A stretch of 63,042 nucleotides of DNA, filler included, from an uncultured bacterium (GTDB taxonomy: Bacteria > Latescibacterota > UBA2968), in assembly GCA_964471275.1 (NCBI GenBank). It is 16 parts of 16 records of this genome, joined end to end, with 100 filler letters (N's around TTAATTAATTAA, not from the genome) between each part and the next. Parts side by side here need not be neighbours in the genome. Positions count along the whole stretch, not along the records: positions 52,048 to 55,676 come from CAYYGZ010000335.1; positions 55,777 to 59,389 come from CAYYGZ010000336.1; positions 59,490 to 63,042 come from CAYYGZ010000337.1; 13 more parts are not named here. The stretch is one strand, 5' to 3'. Of this stretch, positions 52,434 to 62,968 are shown piece by piece (position 1 is the first letter of the stretch; every line of letters starts with the position of its first letter). A model generated the notes under the pieces. That model searched no databases and had not been told where the DNA came from. It worked only from the letters and a program-made list of their open reading frames with translations. The translations under genes were made by a program, and so were the position numbers.

Positions 52434-52469
52434 TCCGCATCTCCTTCACGGGGGATGCGGATTTCTTTT
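52434..52469. terminator. Intrinsic terminator
   Basis: TCCGCATCTCC-TTCACG-GGGGATGCGGA followed by TTTCTTTT; downstream of the 52562 gene. Confidence 0.65.
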
Positions 52470-52561
52470 GCGTTTTCCTGAACGACCCGCTTCCGTTCCT
52501 GCGGTTCCGCAAATTGGAGCGTCGCACGCAGGTCCAGGACAGCCTCTTCGACCTCTCGCTT

Positions 52562-54181
52562 TCATTTGGGCTCAACGAAGACCTCGACTTCATCGATGAC
52601 GATCCTGTCTCCTCGGGCATCCGGATCGCCTTCAAAAAGCGTCACCTCCAGGCTGTTCGATCCACAAGCGACGATATTTTTCGAAAGCGTGAACCAGCGG
52701 GTCGAGAAAACGGGAGTGGGATCTGACCGACCGTCGAACCAGCCCATCTCGGGTATGCACGGAATCTCCCGGTCGCCTTCCGTTCGAAAGTACGTGCCGT
52801 CCGGTTTCGCGGGCGTGTCACTGACGGCGGTCCGGCCGATCTGGTCGTCGGCGATCAGGTGGCCGTTAAGCCGGACTTCGAGGATGTCGTTTTCAGTGAG
52901 CCCCGTACCGCGGAACAGGAGCGTCACGACGTGGGCGGTCTCCAAGTCCTCGAACAGCTGGAATGCGAACGATCCACTGTCGCCCTCGGACGTCCGATCG
53001 AGCACCAGTTGTTGCATCTTCACGACACGCGAGCTGCACATGCCTTCAACACCAAACTCCGTCTGACCCTCATAGGTGGGATCGAAGATGTAATGTCGCT
53101 CACCCCGGCCAACCCGTCCAGGATCGCGTAGCTGCCAGAGCGGCTGCATCCCCTGAGGATAGAACGGTGCCGTCCACAGGGCAGGAACGAAGTGATTGAA
53201 AACGGAGACGCCGTCGGCCCCGCAGCTGTACATCGTCTTCGCGAGCGCGCGGAAGTTGGCGTGGCTGAGCGGGATGCGCTTCAGACGGTAGCGACGGCGT
53301 ATGCTCGTCCAGGGGTTGATTCCCGGATACAGAAGGCAATCGCTCTTTCTCGTGAGCGCGGACCACTCTTCGTATGGCAGGTTAAAGTCGGCATACATTG
53401 TGTCCTGTGGCGCGATGTAGTCGAGCAGGTCCTCCTCGATCCAGATGGGTGCGTCCAGACCAAGCGACGCGCACTCGGCGATCGTGGCGTGGTGACGGGC
53501 GCCCAGGATCAGTTTCCTGCCGATCACTTCGCTTCTGGAATCCAGGTTGTCCCGAATCTGACGAATTAGATCGGTCATCAGCGGAGCACGATCCGGCGCC
53601 GTGCCGTGCGGAAAGTAACTGCAATCCCTGAAGCAGAGCTCCACGCCGTCGATCTCGAACCGGTCGGCCACCTCCTCGATCACGCCGAGCGTGAAGTCGC
53701 GTACCTCCTGATACGTGAAGTCGAGCGGCTCGGTTTGTGTGTAATGCTCGCCCTCCGGGAGATCGGTCAGCTGAAACTCCGGGTGCGAAGCAATGAACTC
53801 GGCGATGTCGAGGCCCTGCTCGCGCGCCTGATACGCGTGACCATCGTTCATCCGGAAGCCTCCGATGAACTTCATCCCGCGTCGATGACACTGGTCGATG
53901 ATGATGTCGAGCGGCTGTGTGTCTGAATCAAGTAGATCGTGGAAGCGTCGATGCTGATGCCGCTGATCATACTGATACTGTTCGGATCGCCACCACGCCG
54001 TCCAGCCCTGAGACCAGATTTCCTGATCGAACAGGTCGACTCCGCTGTCCGCAACCGAGTCAACCCATCGCCGGATGTCTGCTTCCGTAGCTGGATCGGG
54101 GAGATGCGTCTTCGCGACGGTCGACGGGTCGCTGACGTAGAGGATTCGATGTTCGCCGCGGGGCGATACGTTCGGTGCCAT
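52562..54181 (-). CDS. Putative glycoside hydrolase-like TIM-barrel protein (GHL10/DUF187-like)
   Basis: CHRRGMKF..FRMND.H, HPE, LDF....VRD, IDGVELCF, GADGV.FN and a C-terminal beta-sandwich. Confidence 0.6.
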   Translation of the reverse strand: MAPNVSPRGEHRILYVSDPSTVAKTHLPDPATEADIRRWVDSVADSGVDLFDQEIWSQGWTAWWRSEQYQYDQRHQHRRFHDLLDSDTQPLDIIIDQCHRRGMKFIGGFRMNDGHAYQAREQGLDIAEFIASHPEFQLTDLPEGEHYTQTEPLDFTYQEVRDFTLGVIEEVADRFEIDGVELCFRDCSYFPHGTAPDRAPLMTDLIRQIRDNLDSRSEVIGRKLILGARHHATIAECASLGLDAPIWIEEDLLDYIAPQDTMYADFNLPYEEWSALTRKSDCLLYPGINPWTSIRRRYRLKRIPLSHANFRALAKTMYSCGADGVSVFNHFVPALWTAPFYPQGMQPLWQLRDPGRVGRGERHYIFDPTYEGQTEFGVEGMCSSRVVKMQQLVLDRTSEGDSGSFAFQLFEDLETAHVVTLLFRGTGLTENDILEVRLNGHLIADDQIGRTAVSDTPAKPDGTYFRTEGDREIPCIPEMGWFDGRSDPTPVFSTRWFTLSKNIVACGSNSLEVTLFEGDPDARGDRIVIDEVEVFVEPK

Positions 54182-54412
54182 TAATTACTCCTCCAGTGAG
54201 CGCTCGACGACCGACGCTCTGTTGCTGAACGTAGCCCGCCACGCTTGTTCAGTCGCCTATCCTGTCCCGCTCGATCCCCAACGCCACCTCCCGTTACGGA
54301 CAGAATCGTTGAAACCAATACTTGCCTGACAGAATGGCCAGCAATATCCTGATGCTCATATGGACGACGCCGACGAATCTTAACTGTGAACACCATTCTG
54401 AATCAGTACAGA

Positions 54413-55552
54413 CTAGGATCGTCCCCGTTCCCGGTAGTGTCGGAAACCCTCGATCAGAGCTTCCAGGTTCTCCCAGGGCGCGCCGGGCGTGATGCTGCTG
54501 GATGCGCCGAGAAAGAGACCCGCTCTCGGGCCGTTGTCTACCAGCCACTTCATTTCTCTGCGCACATCATCCGCTGTACCGTGGGGCAGGGTGCGCGTCA
54601 CAGACACCCCGGCAATGATTGAAAGGGGGTCGCCGTCACGTGTTGTCATCCGGCAGATGGCTTCGTAATCCATGCCGTCCTCATACTGGAACCCCTGAAA
54701 GCCGTGCAGCCCGGCCTCCAGCAGCCGTGGCACCATCTCTGTCAGGTTCCCGTCGCAGTGCCACACCATCCGGATTCCGGCCTGGCACGCGGGCGCCACG
54801 CTCCGCGCGAAGTGAGGGAACCAGATCCTGTCCAGAGACCGAATATCTACCAGTGTGCTTCGCGAATCCGCCATGTCGTGATCCAGCCTCACGAAAGCAG
54901 GGAGTGCCCCCTGGCGGGTGGCTTCGACATACGCACGGTTCCGCAAGACAGCCAGGTCAGCCTGGACGCTGAAATCACGCTCTATCACTTCCGGGTAAAG
55001 CGCATAGGCTGTGAAGTAGGGCTCGTATCCGTACTGGCCGTATCTGAACTTCGGGAAGGCAACATAGCCGTACGGAACCTTGAGGATGGTCGATCCCAGA
55101 AAGTCCTGGACTGCTCCCTCGCGAGACAGGATGCGATTCGTCCATTCCCCTTTGTTGAAGGCGGCAATCTCCTTCCTGAGATTCGGAAGGACGATCTGCT
55201 CCAGGTGTTCCACCACGGCCTCAGGCGAATCGATGTCGATCCCGTCGAGAGTGATACCTTCCACTCCCGTCGTGGTGCCGCGCGCCGTGTTTGCCGCGTA
55301 ACCGGATGCGCCCATGGTGAGAGGATTCTCGGGAATCCACTGGTCAACCATGCTGCATCCGATGGTGGTGAGCATCTTGCGATACGTAGTGACCGGCTCG
55401 CGTTTGTATGTGCCTGCTGGCTCCCCCGCGATTCGATCGATCATGCTCCATTCCATCGGGTTGATGAGCCAGGTGGGAATCCCCTGAACAGGCTTGTGCA
55501 TCAGCGTATCCACTGCCATCTGTGCGGACTCTGATCGGTTTAGGGCGTTCAT
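54413..55552 (-). CDS. Uroporphyrinogen decarboxylase/MtaA-like family protein
   Basis: DMA, WHCDGN, GVSV..TLP.GT..DVR, PWEN. Confidence 0.8.
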   Translation of the reverse strand: MNALNRSESAQMAVDTLMHKPVQGIPTWLINPMEWSMIDRIAGEPAGTYKREPVTTYRKMLTTIGCSMVDQWIPENPLTMGASGYAANTARGTTTGVEGITLDGIDIDSPEAVVEHLEQIVLPNLRKEIAAFNKGEWTNRILSREGAVQDFLGSTILKVPYGYVAFPKFRYGQYGYEPYFTAYALYPEVIERDFSVQADLAVLRNRAYVEATRQGALPAFVRLDHDMADSRSTLVDIRSLDRIWFPHFARSVAPACQAGIRMVWHCDGNLTEMVPRLLEAGLHGFQGFQYEDGMDYEAICRMTTRDGDPLSIIAGVSVTRTLPHGTADDVRREMKWLVDNGPRAGLFLGASSSITPGAPWENLEALIEGFRHYRERGRS

Positions 55553-55611
55553 AGTCTCGTGTAGTCAATCCTGTAGAATGCAGGAGCGCCGCGATGCCGT
55601 GTGATCTCTCG

Positions 55612-55676
55612 TCACCTGATCGTCTTCCACTCGTCGATCATGGCCAGAGTGTTCTCCCACGGGAAGTGATTCCGTA
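55612..55676 (-). CDS. C-terminal fragment of the 27871 UROD-like gene
   Basis: Exact 20-bp overlap with 28931..28950; encodes RNHFPWENTLAMIDEWKTIR*. Confidence 0.85.
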
Positions 55677-55931
55677 NNNNNNNNNNNNNNNNNNNNNNNN
55701 NNNNNNNNNNNNNNNNNNNNTTAATTAATTAANNNNNNNNNNNNNNNNNNNNNNNNNNNNNNNNNNNNNNNNNNNNTCGGTAACCACGGCACGCCACCCA
55801 TCATCAACGGCCGACTGCGAGGCCTAAACTCCGCTGCGGAGCTCAATTTGTCCATCCGAAAACTCCTTTCCTCATTGATCAGGCGTGAAATCGCTTACGC
55901 GTGTGGCCTCAATTTAGGTGATTCAAGGTTG

Positions 55932-57858
55932 ATGTCAAGATGGCCTGCGCGATGTGTTCGCCTTGCACTTCTATGCTCTACATTCGCGAGTGGCTCACTG
56001 TTTTCGCAAGATATTTCCAAACAGTTTTCCGAGGCCCCCGAGTTTGCGGCCCTGGTCGCGGCTGGTGCTCTGCCTCCGGTCGAGGAGCGATTGCCGGATG
56101 AGCCGCTTGTCGTGGTTCCCCACGAGGAGGTAGGCGAGTACGGCGGCTCGTGGCTGCGGATGATGAAGGGAACAAGCGACTTCCACGCCTACGGCCGATG
56201 TGTCTACGATCAGCTACTCCGTTGGGCGCCGAACCCACGCGACGGCATTCTACCGGGACTTGTGAAGGAGTGGTCGTTCTCAGAGGGCGGAAAAGCGCTC
56301 ACGCTAAACCTCAGATCCGGACTCAAGTGGTCCGACGGTCATCCCTTTACAACGGACGATATTTTGTTCTGGTGGGAGCGGATCGCTCAGGATCCAAATC
56401 TGACACCAGGGATCCCGAAGGAGTGGAAGCCGGGCGGCGTACCGATGGAGCTGATACAGATCGACCCAGTGACCGTGCAACTGCGTTTCGACAAACCGTA
56501 TCCGATGGCCTTACAGTATCTAGCCTTCAAAGGAAACCAATGGCCGCTCGTGTTCGAACGGGCGGGCTTCTTTGCGCCCAAGCATTACCTCGAGCAGTAT
56601 CTCCCTTCGTTCGAGGACGACCCCTCTGGCCATAGGATGGCTAACTACGCGGTATTTGAAGAGAAGGCCAACGACTTCAATCCCGAAAGACCGGTGATTT
56701 CTGCGTGGAAGGTCTCCGAGTGGGAGCCGGGCGATCACTTGATTGCTGTGCGGAACCCCTACTACTGGAAAGTCGACCCCGCCGGTAACCAGTTGCCGTA
56801 TCTGGACAAGATTGAAGTCGAGATCTTCCTGAACCAGGAGATGCTGAATTTCCGGGCTGTCAGTGGCGTGCTTCAGATGCAGCAACGCCATTTCAGCGTT
56901 CAGGACATCGATCTGCTCCGTGAGTTCTCGACAAANNNNNNNNNNCTATCGTATCATCCAGTACGAGGGAACGGGACGTGACGGGGTGATGCTCAACCTC
57001 CAGTATCCAGGAAACGACGCCCTCAGGAAGCTGTTCCGGGATAGACGTTTCCGCATTGCCCTGTCCCTCGCAATCGACAGAGAGATGATTTGCAGGCTTT
57101 GTTTCCGCGGTTTGACGAACCCCGGAACGGTCGGCCTTTTCGAGTCGTCTCCTGACTACGTGTCGGTCGAGGGGCTACCGAACTACTACCAGTATCTGCC
57201 GGACCGGTCAGCTGAAGTGCTCGATGAGATGGGACTAACGACACGAGACGCAGATGGTTATCGGATTGGTTCCGACGGAGAGACGATCAGTCTGATTATC
57301 GAAACGAGTTCGGCCCTCCGAGCAGAGATGGACATGCTCGAGATCATCCGATCGAACTGGGAAGCCGTGGGCATCAAGACTACGGTGAAGCCGGAGGAGC
57401 GGACCCTGTATTTCCAGCGTGTTACCAAGAACGGCGAACACATGATCGGGAAGTGGGGACACGAGAGTGTGTTTCCTCTCGTCAGTTCGCACCGTTGGTT
57501 CGGTACGAACCTATGGGATGAATGGGCCCACCACTGGGCACAGTGGCATCTGACCGATGGCCAACGTGGCATTGAGCCGCCTCCCGAAGTCAAACGGCTA
57601 CAGTCGATTGAGAAGGAACTTCAGATCACGATCGACAAGGTGCGGAGAAACGAGCTGTGGTTGGAGGTGGTGAGGTCACACGCCGAGAACGTCTGGATCA
57701 TTCCGACGACGGAGCGGGGAACGGCAATCGGCGTGTTGGCGAACAATTTTCGAAATGTGCCGGAGCGGGCCGTGGCATCGTGGATCACGATGACGCCCGG
57801 AAATCTCAATCCCGAGACCTTCTTTATCAAGAAATCTGGAGGCGCTGATGACGAGTAG
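55932..57858 (+). CDS. Peptide/oligosaccharide ABC substrate-binding protein (family 5), spanning a 10-N scaffold gap
   Basis: Signal peptide, LPPVEERLP, KWSDGHPFT, RNPYYWKVD..GNQLPYLD, FRIALSLAIDR; apparent frame break lies at N gap 56936-56945. Confidence 0.9.
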
Positions 57859-57876
57859 CCCGGCGATTAATCCTGT

Positions 57877-58860
57877 ATGCTGACCTACGTCTCTCGACGA
57901 CTGCTGCGTATGATTCCCACGCTGATCGCCATCTCCGTGATGGTTTTCGTGATCATCCAGCTCCCTCCCGGTGACTTCTTCGACTCTCTGCAGGCACAGC
58001 TGGCAGAAAGCGATTCGCAGGCGGATCAAGATGCGTTTGAAGCCCTGCGGAGGCAGTATCATCTCGATCTCCCTCTCTGGCAGCAGTATGTCTACTGGGT
58101 CAGCGGCTGCCTCCAGGGCGACTTCGGTTATTCCTTCGAGTGGCGACGTCCGGTTTCGGAATTGATTATGGAACGACTCGGATTGACTTTTCTGATGGCC
58201 TCCGGAGCTCTCGTCTTCATGTGGTTCGTGGCGCTCCCGATTGGCATCTACTCCGCGCGGAACCGGTATTCCGCCGGTGATTACTTTCTGACGTTCCTCG
58301 CCTTTATCGGCCTCTGTGTACCCGGATTCATTATCGCCCTGTGCGCCATGTATCTTTCGGTCTTCTGGTTTGGCGGCAGCGCAGGTGGACTGTTCTCCCC
58401 CGAGTTCAAATACGCCGGATGGTCGGTGGATCGCGTGCTGGATTTGCTTTCGCATTTGTGGGTTCCGGTTGTCGTCATCGGCGCGGCGGGTACGGCGTCC
58501 CTGACACGGATCATGCGGACGAGCATGCTGGACGTTCTGGATGAGCAGTATATCACGACAGCTCGGGCGAAGGGGCTTGCAGAGCGATGGGTGATCTACA
58601 AGTATGCCGTACGCGTGGCGATCAATCCAATGATCAGCATCTTGGGATTGCAGATGCCTCAGCTTGTCTCCGGGTCGATCATCGTGGCCATCGTGCTGGG
58701 GCTGCCGACGACGGGGCCTCTCTTCTTTCGTGCCCTGGAGACACAGGATATGTATCTGGCGGGGTCTTTCCTGATGCTGCTCGCCATACTCCTGCTGATC
58801 GGTAATCTGATGGCGGACGTTCTTCTCGCGTGGGCAGACCCGCGGATTCGACTGGAATAG
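57877..58860 (+). CDS. Peptide ABC permease (DppB/OppB)
   Basis: IIQLPPGD, GDFGYS, YITTARAKGL, DPRIR. Confidence 0.93.
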   Translation: MLTYVSRRLLRMIPTLIAISVMVFVIIQLPPGDFFDSLQAQLAESDSQADQDAFEALRRQYHLDLPLWQQYVYWVSGCLQGDFGYSFEWRRPVSELIMERLGLTFLMASGALVFMWFVALPIGIYSARNRYSAGDYFLTFLAFIGLCVPGFIIALCAMYLSVFWFGGSAGGLFSPEFKYAGWSVDRVLDLLSHLWVPVVVIGAAGTASLTRIMRTSMLDVLDEQYITTARAKGLAERWVIYKYAVRVAINPMISILGLQMPQLVSGSIIVAIVLGLPTTGPLFFRALETQDMYLAGSFLMLLAILLLIGNLMADVLLAWADPRIRLE

Positions 58861-58886
58861 GACACCTGATACCCGTGGCTGAAACG

Positions 58887-59389
58887 ATGACAAATATCAC
58901 CGAGACGCAGGACGACCGTCCCGACCAGATCTATACCGCAGGCCAGTGGCAGCTGGCCTGGCGGAAATTCAGGATGAACAAGCTGGCTCTGTATTCAGGA
59001 GGCGTGCTGTTCTTGCTGTATGTCTGTACGGTGTTCAGCGGCTTCATCGCTCCCTACGAACGTGACCATCGATTCCCCGGGCGTGATTTCGTGTCTCCTC
59101 AACTGCCCCGGTTCATCTCGACCGAAGGCTTCCACCTCAGGCCGTTTGTTTATGGGCTGAAGACGCGTTTGGAAGATGGCTCGGGACGAAAAATCTACGA
59201 GGTCGATCCGACGAAGCGTTTCCCGATCCAGTTTTTTGTGTCCGGCGACGCACACAGCTTTCTCGGATTCGACACAACGCTGCATCTATTCGGCACAGGT
59301 GACGGTGAGGGCGTCTTTCTTTTTGGTACTGACCGGCAGGGCCGCGATCTGTTTTCTCGCGTCTTCTACGGTGCCAGAGTTTCGCTGAC
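58887..59389 (+). CDS. Peptide ABC permease (DppC/OppC), N-terminal half
   Basis: QWQLAWRKF, FGTDRQGRDLFSR..YGARVSLT. Confidence 0.9.
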
Positions 59390-59489
59390 NNNNNNNNNNN
59401 NNNNNNNNNNNNNNNNNNNNNNNNNNNNNNNNNTTAATTAATTAANNNNNNNNNNNNNNNNNNNNNNNNNNNNNNNNNNNNNNNNNNNN

Positions 59490-59782
59490 CGATCGAGCAT
59501 CTTCCGGCGGATGCGATTGGCGTGGATGTCCTGTTTTCCAGGACCTTCATACCAACCACTTGTCTGTTCGGGCAGCCAGATCCCTTCGTGACAGATGAGC
59601 ATATTGGTATTGTGCTCGGCACACGCGCTAAGACTTTGCGTGTGTATGTTCCAGAGACAAGCCAGGCCTGTGATCTCGGTCTCCGGATCGCCGTAGATAA
59701 AGCCCAACTGGTCACCGGGGAGTCCCGTTTCTCTGGGCGCGATCTCCTCGAATGTATCTGCTACATCTCTAGCTGTGGGCAT
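59490..59782 (-). CDS. Nif3-like dinuclear metal center protein N-terminus (truncated)
   Basis: FEEIAP...D.LGF..GDP..EITG...NMLICHE. Confidence 0.78.
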
Positions 59783-59796
59783 CTCTTTCCTCGCGT

Positions 59797-60708
59797 TCAA
59801 TGAGACACAGCGGACAAAACAGGACACCTCAAGCCACCGCCCCGAGGGATGACACCCATCTGCGCGATGTGTTCGGTTCCCGCGTTCTCGAGCGCTGTCA
59901 GGATGTCCTGACACATGTTCCTGGCAACCAACAGGATCATCTTCCCCCCGGATCCGACGACTCGATGAAGCTCTGTCAGGGAATCGACAACGTCCTGCCT
60001 GTATACACTGCGGAAGGGAGGCTCGGTTACGATCAGGTCGAAATGGCCCGTAGGAAACGGAAGACTCCGCGCGTCGGCCACCAGACACGCGTCAGGCTCG
60101 AGTGCCGAGAGACCCGGTGACAGACTCTTGTCAGAATCTGAGGCGGATATCCGATGTCCACGTCGCTTTGCTTCAGAAACAAGCCCGCCGTAGCCCGCAA
60201 AGGGATCCAGAATGACATCGGTCGGCTCCGGTGCCGCGATGTTCATGAGAAATCGCGCATCCAGCGGAGACAGAGCCCGATGGGCCCGATGTCCAAAAGC
60301 CAGGCGCCTCCCGTCATTCTGGTGAATCTCGAATGTCCGTCTGTTCGGGGAAACTGCCAGGAGTGCCTCCGCGTCCTGAACGTATACTTCCGTTTGATAC
60401 ACCTTCTGTTCCTGTTCTCTAACCCATCCGGTAAACCAGCGACCCCGTTCGATCGGACAGATATCCTCGCCACAGTAAGGCTCGTAGCGAAGATGTAGAA
60501 TCGCTTCTGTATACCCGAGATCTGCTGCCAGTGTTCCCACTCGGTCGGGTGGCAGAGAGAGCTGGATCCACATCCTGCGGCTCGCCCACCAATCGCGCTC
60601 GACTGTCGGTCTCCATCGGCTGAAGACCGTGAGAAACTCCTTCTTCGCCAGCTCGTAAGGGATGCCGGTGCCGCCGCGGCTTGTTCGGAAGTAGATCTGG
60701 TAGTGCAC
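59797..60708 (-). CDS. SAM-dependent methyltransferase (Trm11/TrmG10-like C-terminal domain)
   Basis: ALSPLDAR...NIA, ILDPFAGYG, DARSLP, IVTEPPF; start uncertain. Confidence 0.75.
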   Translation of the reverse strand: MHYQIYFRTSRGGTGIPYELAKKEFLTVFSRWRPTVERDWWASRRMWIQLSLPPDRVGTLAADLGYTEAILHLRYEPYCGEDICPIERGRWFTGWVREQEQKVYQTEVYVQDAEALLAVSPNRRTFEIHQNDGRRLAFGHRAHRALSPLDARFLMNIAAPEPTDVILDPFAGYGGLVSEAKRRGHRISASDSDKSLSPGLSALEPDACLVADARSLPFPTGHFDLIVTEPPFRSVYRQDVVDSLTELHRVVGSGGKMILLVARNMCQDILTALENAGTEHIAQMGVIPRGGGLRCPVLSAVSH

Positions 60709-60778
60709 TACACCTCTGCAACAATGGGCCTGGAGAGCGGAGAATGAGGTCTGCCGGTCGAAAGGGCCCTCGCGGGAA

Positions 60779-62554
60779 TCATTTCCTTGTGATCGCAATC
60801 TTTACACACGGCGTATATACGGGTCCACCATTGACGGTGAAAGTCAGACGTTTAAGCACGCCGCTCTTGCGATTAGCTTTTGACTCCTCATCGAAGGACT
60901 CCATCTGCCAGGCGGCGTCAGATGGCTGCTGGATTGTCAGGACTACCTTGTGCCGCTCGCCCGAGAGTGTTGCTGTGGGCCCATCAGTTTCAGGTTCCAG
61001 CCACGTCACGAATGCTTCTTCGATTTTCCGATCGTCTGCAGAGCACGTGATCCGGTCTTCCACGGTCACCTCATTGCCGGACAACGCGATCGTCCGCTGC
61101 AGGCTTTCCAGTTCCGGTATGTTGTAGGCGCCGGAAATCTCCATAACCACTGTTTTTCGATTCGATCCCGTCTCACAGGAGAGAATCTTGCCGCCCCACT
61201 CCTTGCCTCTGGATTGCGGCGTGGCTCCGATTCTGGGAACACTGTGACCGATGCTGTTGGCGAACAGGTTCCGGTCGTGACCGTGCTTGCGGTAGAGATC
61301 GTAAAGACCACTTTCAGGGTCAGGTAAAAGCGTCTCGCCGTCGACGTGGAGAACGAAGCTGCCGATGTCGTTGTGGTTGTGGCTGACGCCATTGTGGCCC
61401 GCCTTTGCGGCGAGTACAACTGGGGCCTCCGTTTCCGTCTCGCTGTTGAGTCTTACGATTTCGCTCTTCTCGAGCCATCGATCTTTTAACGACACGGGCT
61501 CCGGACGTACCCCGTCCCACCAGAAGGCGTTGCGCCACATCGTGTGGAAACGGCCCACTCCCATCGAGATCTGTGCCGGATCAGCCATTGCTCCACGCAG
61601 ATCCTCGCAGCCAGTGCGTTCGATAAGACGAGTGACGAGCCCTGCTTCCAAGCCTACGGCCTCGCGGCAGTCGGAGTATGGAAAGTAATGTCCGGGGGAC
61701 AGCATCACGTCAACCGGATACCTGGCTATCTGTTTGAGACGATCGGTCGTGAGCAGATCGATCTCGCCTCGCGTGCGGTTACGGAGCATCTCGGAGAAGG
61801 AGATGAAGTTGCTGAGGCCATACATCCAGTAACCGGTTCCCTCACCTGAAGCGCCATCAGGTTCGAAGGCAGTTTCGAGAAACGCGTCAAGTCCGGTCAG
61901 GACGATTTCGAGCGCACGAGCCAACCGTTCGGTATCCTCCTCGAGGAGCAGGAAGGAGCAGCCGATTGAGCCGTTAATCACGCCATTCCAGTTGTTGGTG
62001 CCTTTATACCAATGGTAGCCGTTCGGGTGACGAAGGTATGGCGTGAAGATGCGGTCCTCAATCTCTCTGCGAACACGCGCTTGGGCTTTGTCCTCGATCC
62101 TGTCTGAGAGCCCGACTATGATCTCGGCCAGACTCATCGCGGTAGCGGGCACCCGCAACTCGATTCCCAGGTGATCGACCTGTGGAAGCATCCAGTTGGT
62201 TTCTTCGCAGGTTGCCCAGACGTAGTCGTGGAGCAAGTTGAGGAAGCTGTCGTCGCCGAGGATAACCTTCATCGCCGCCAACCCCATCTTCGTACGGCGT
62301 TTGGTGCGCACGTTCTGATAGGGGGTGCGATCAGTGAAACGTTGTACGTTCCGGTAGAGCGTGTATGTCAGCTGAGGAATGTTCTCGATGTCTGCGAGTT
62401 GGTCTGCGCCCTGTTCGAACAGCAGGTGCGTCGAGGCCCGGTCAGCGTAGCGACTGGGATGGGCAAAAGCATCATCGAGGATCGGTAAGAGCGGATCGCC
62501 GGGTGTGGCGAGAAGATCCATCAAGTGTTCGCGTGTATACTGGATGGTGGGCAT
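60779..62554 (-). CDS. Heparinase II/III family protein (oligosaccharide lyase-like)
   Basis: NNWNGV, DG...EG..YW.YG, SDC, KAGHNGVSHNHNDIGSF, NSIGHSVP. Confidence 0.85.
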   Translation of the reverse strand: MPTIQYTREHLMDLLATPGDPLLPILDDAFAHPSRYADRASTHLLFEQGADQLADIENIPQLTYTLYRNVQRFTDRTPYQNVRTKRRTKMGLAAMKVILGDDSFLNLLHDYVWATCEETNWMLPQVDHLGIELRVPATAMSLAEIIVGLSDRIEDKAQARVRREIEDRIFTPYLRHPNGYHWYKGTNNWNGVINGSIGCSFLLLEEDTERLARALEIVLTGLDAFLETAFEPDGASGEGTGYWMYGLSNFISFSEMLRNRTRGEIDLLTTDRLKQIARYPVDVMLSPGHYFPYSDCREAVGLEAGLVTRLIERTGCEDLRGAMADPAQISMGVGRFHTMWRNAFWWDGVRPEPVSLKDRWLEKSEIVRLNSETETEAPVVLAAKAGHNGVSHNHNDIGSFVLHVDGETLLPDPESGLYDLYRKHGHDRNLFANSIGHSVPRIGATPQSRGKEWGGKILSCETGSNRKTVVMEISGAYNIPELESLQRTIALSGNEVTVEDRITCSADDRKIEEAFVTWLEPETDGPTATLSGERHKVVLTIQQPSDAAWQMESFDEESKANRKSGVLKRLTFTVNGGPVYTPCVKIAITRK

Positions 62555-62659
62555 TTCAGATCCTTGCTGGGGGGTCTGAGGGACAGCGAGAAGGCTGTCC
62601 AAGATGACGACGCTGCAGGCGAATATCCAATGCCAATGGGGGCGCTGGACGGGTCCTCG

Positions 62660-62968
62660 CTATGGTGCAGAGAAAGGAAAGCAGACGAGAATATCTCGGG
62701 CGCCGATTCGAGGACGGCCCAAGCGGCCAACCAGATCCAGTGTAGGGGGAGAGAATCCGGTTCCCAGGTTGAGCTTCGGGCCGATACTTCTTGCGGCTGC
62801 GGACTCCTCGGGTGTGGCGCTCTGATAAAGCGTTACGTGAGGCCGATAGGATCGATCATTCGGTTCTACACCAAACTCAGACGCAAGGGCGACAATGAGT
62901 GCGTTGCGCACTTTTGCCAGGCCAGGAGTAACCTCTACCTCGAAGAATCCGAAATTATCCTCGGACAT
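62660..62968 (-). pseudogene. 2H phosphoesterase (2'-5' RNA ligase-like) fragment
   Basis: Single YRPHVTL motif; first HxT motif not found. Confidence 0.4.

Noticed and set aside
55777..55855. Divergent gene start MDKLSSAAEFRPRSRPLMMG with RBS
   Set aside because: Too short at the contig edge to assign; similar unassignable edge fragments lie at 36846..36924, 44346..44390 and 52048..52190
56936..56945. Frameshifted or split substrate-binding protein
   Set aside because: The break coincides with a 10-N scaffold gap of estimated size
57676..58893. Long antisense ORFs (this 405-aa one, also 7371..8255, 39575..40492, 54704..55534 and others)
   Set aside because: Shadow ORFs of well-supported genes in GC-rich DNA, with no recognisable motifs
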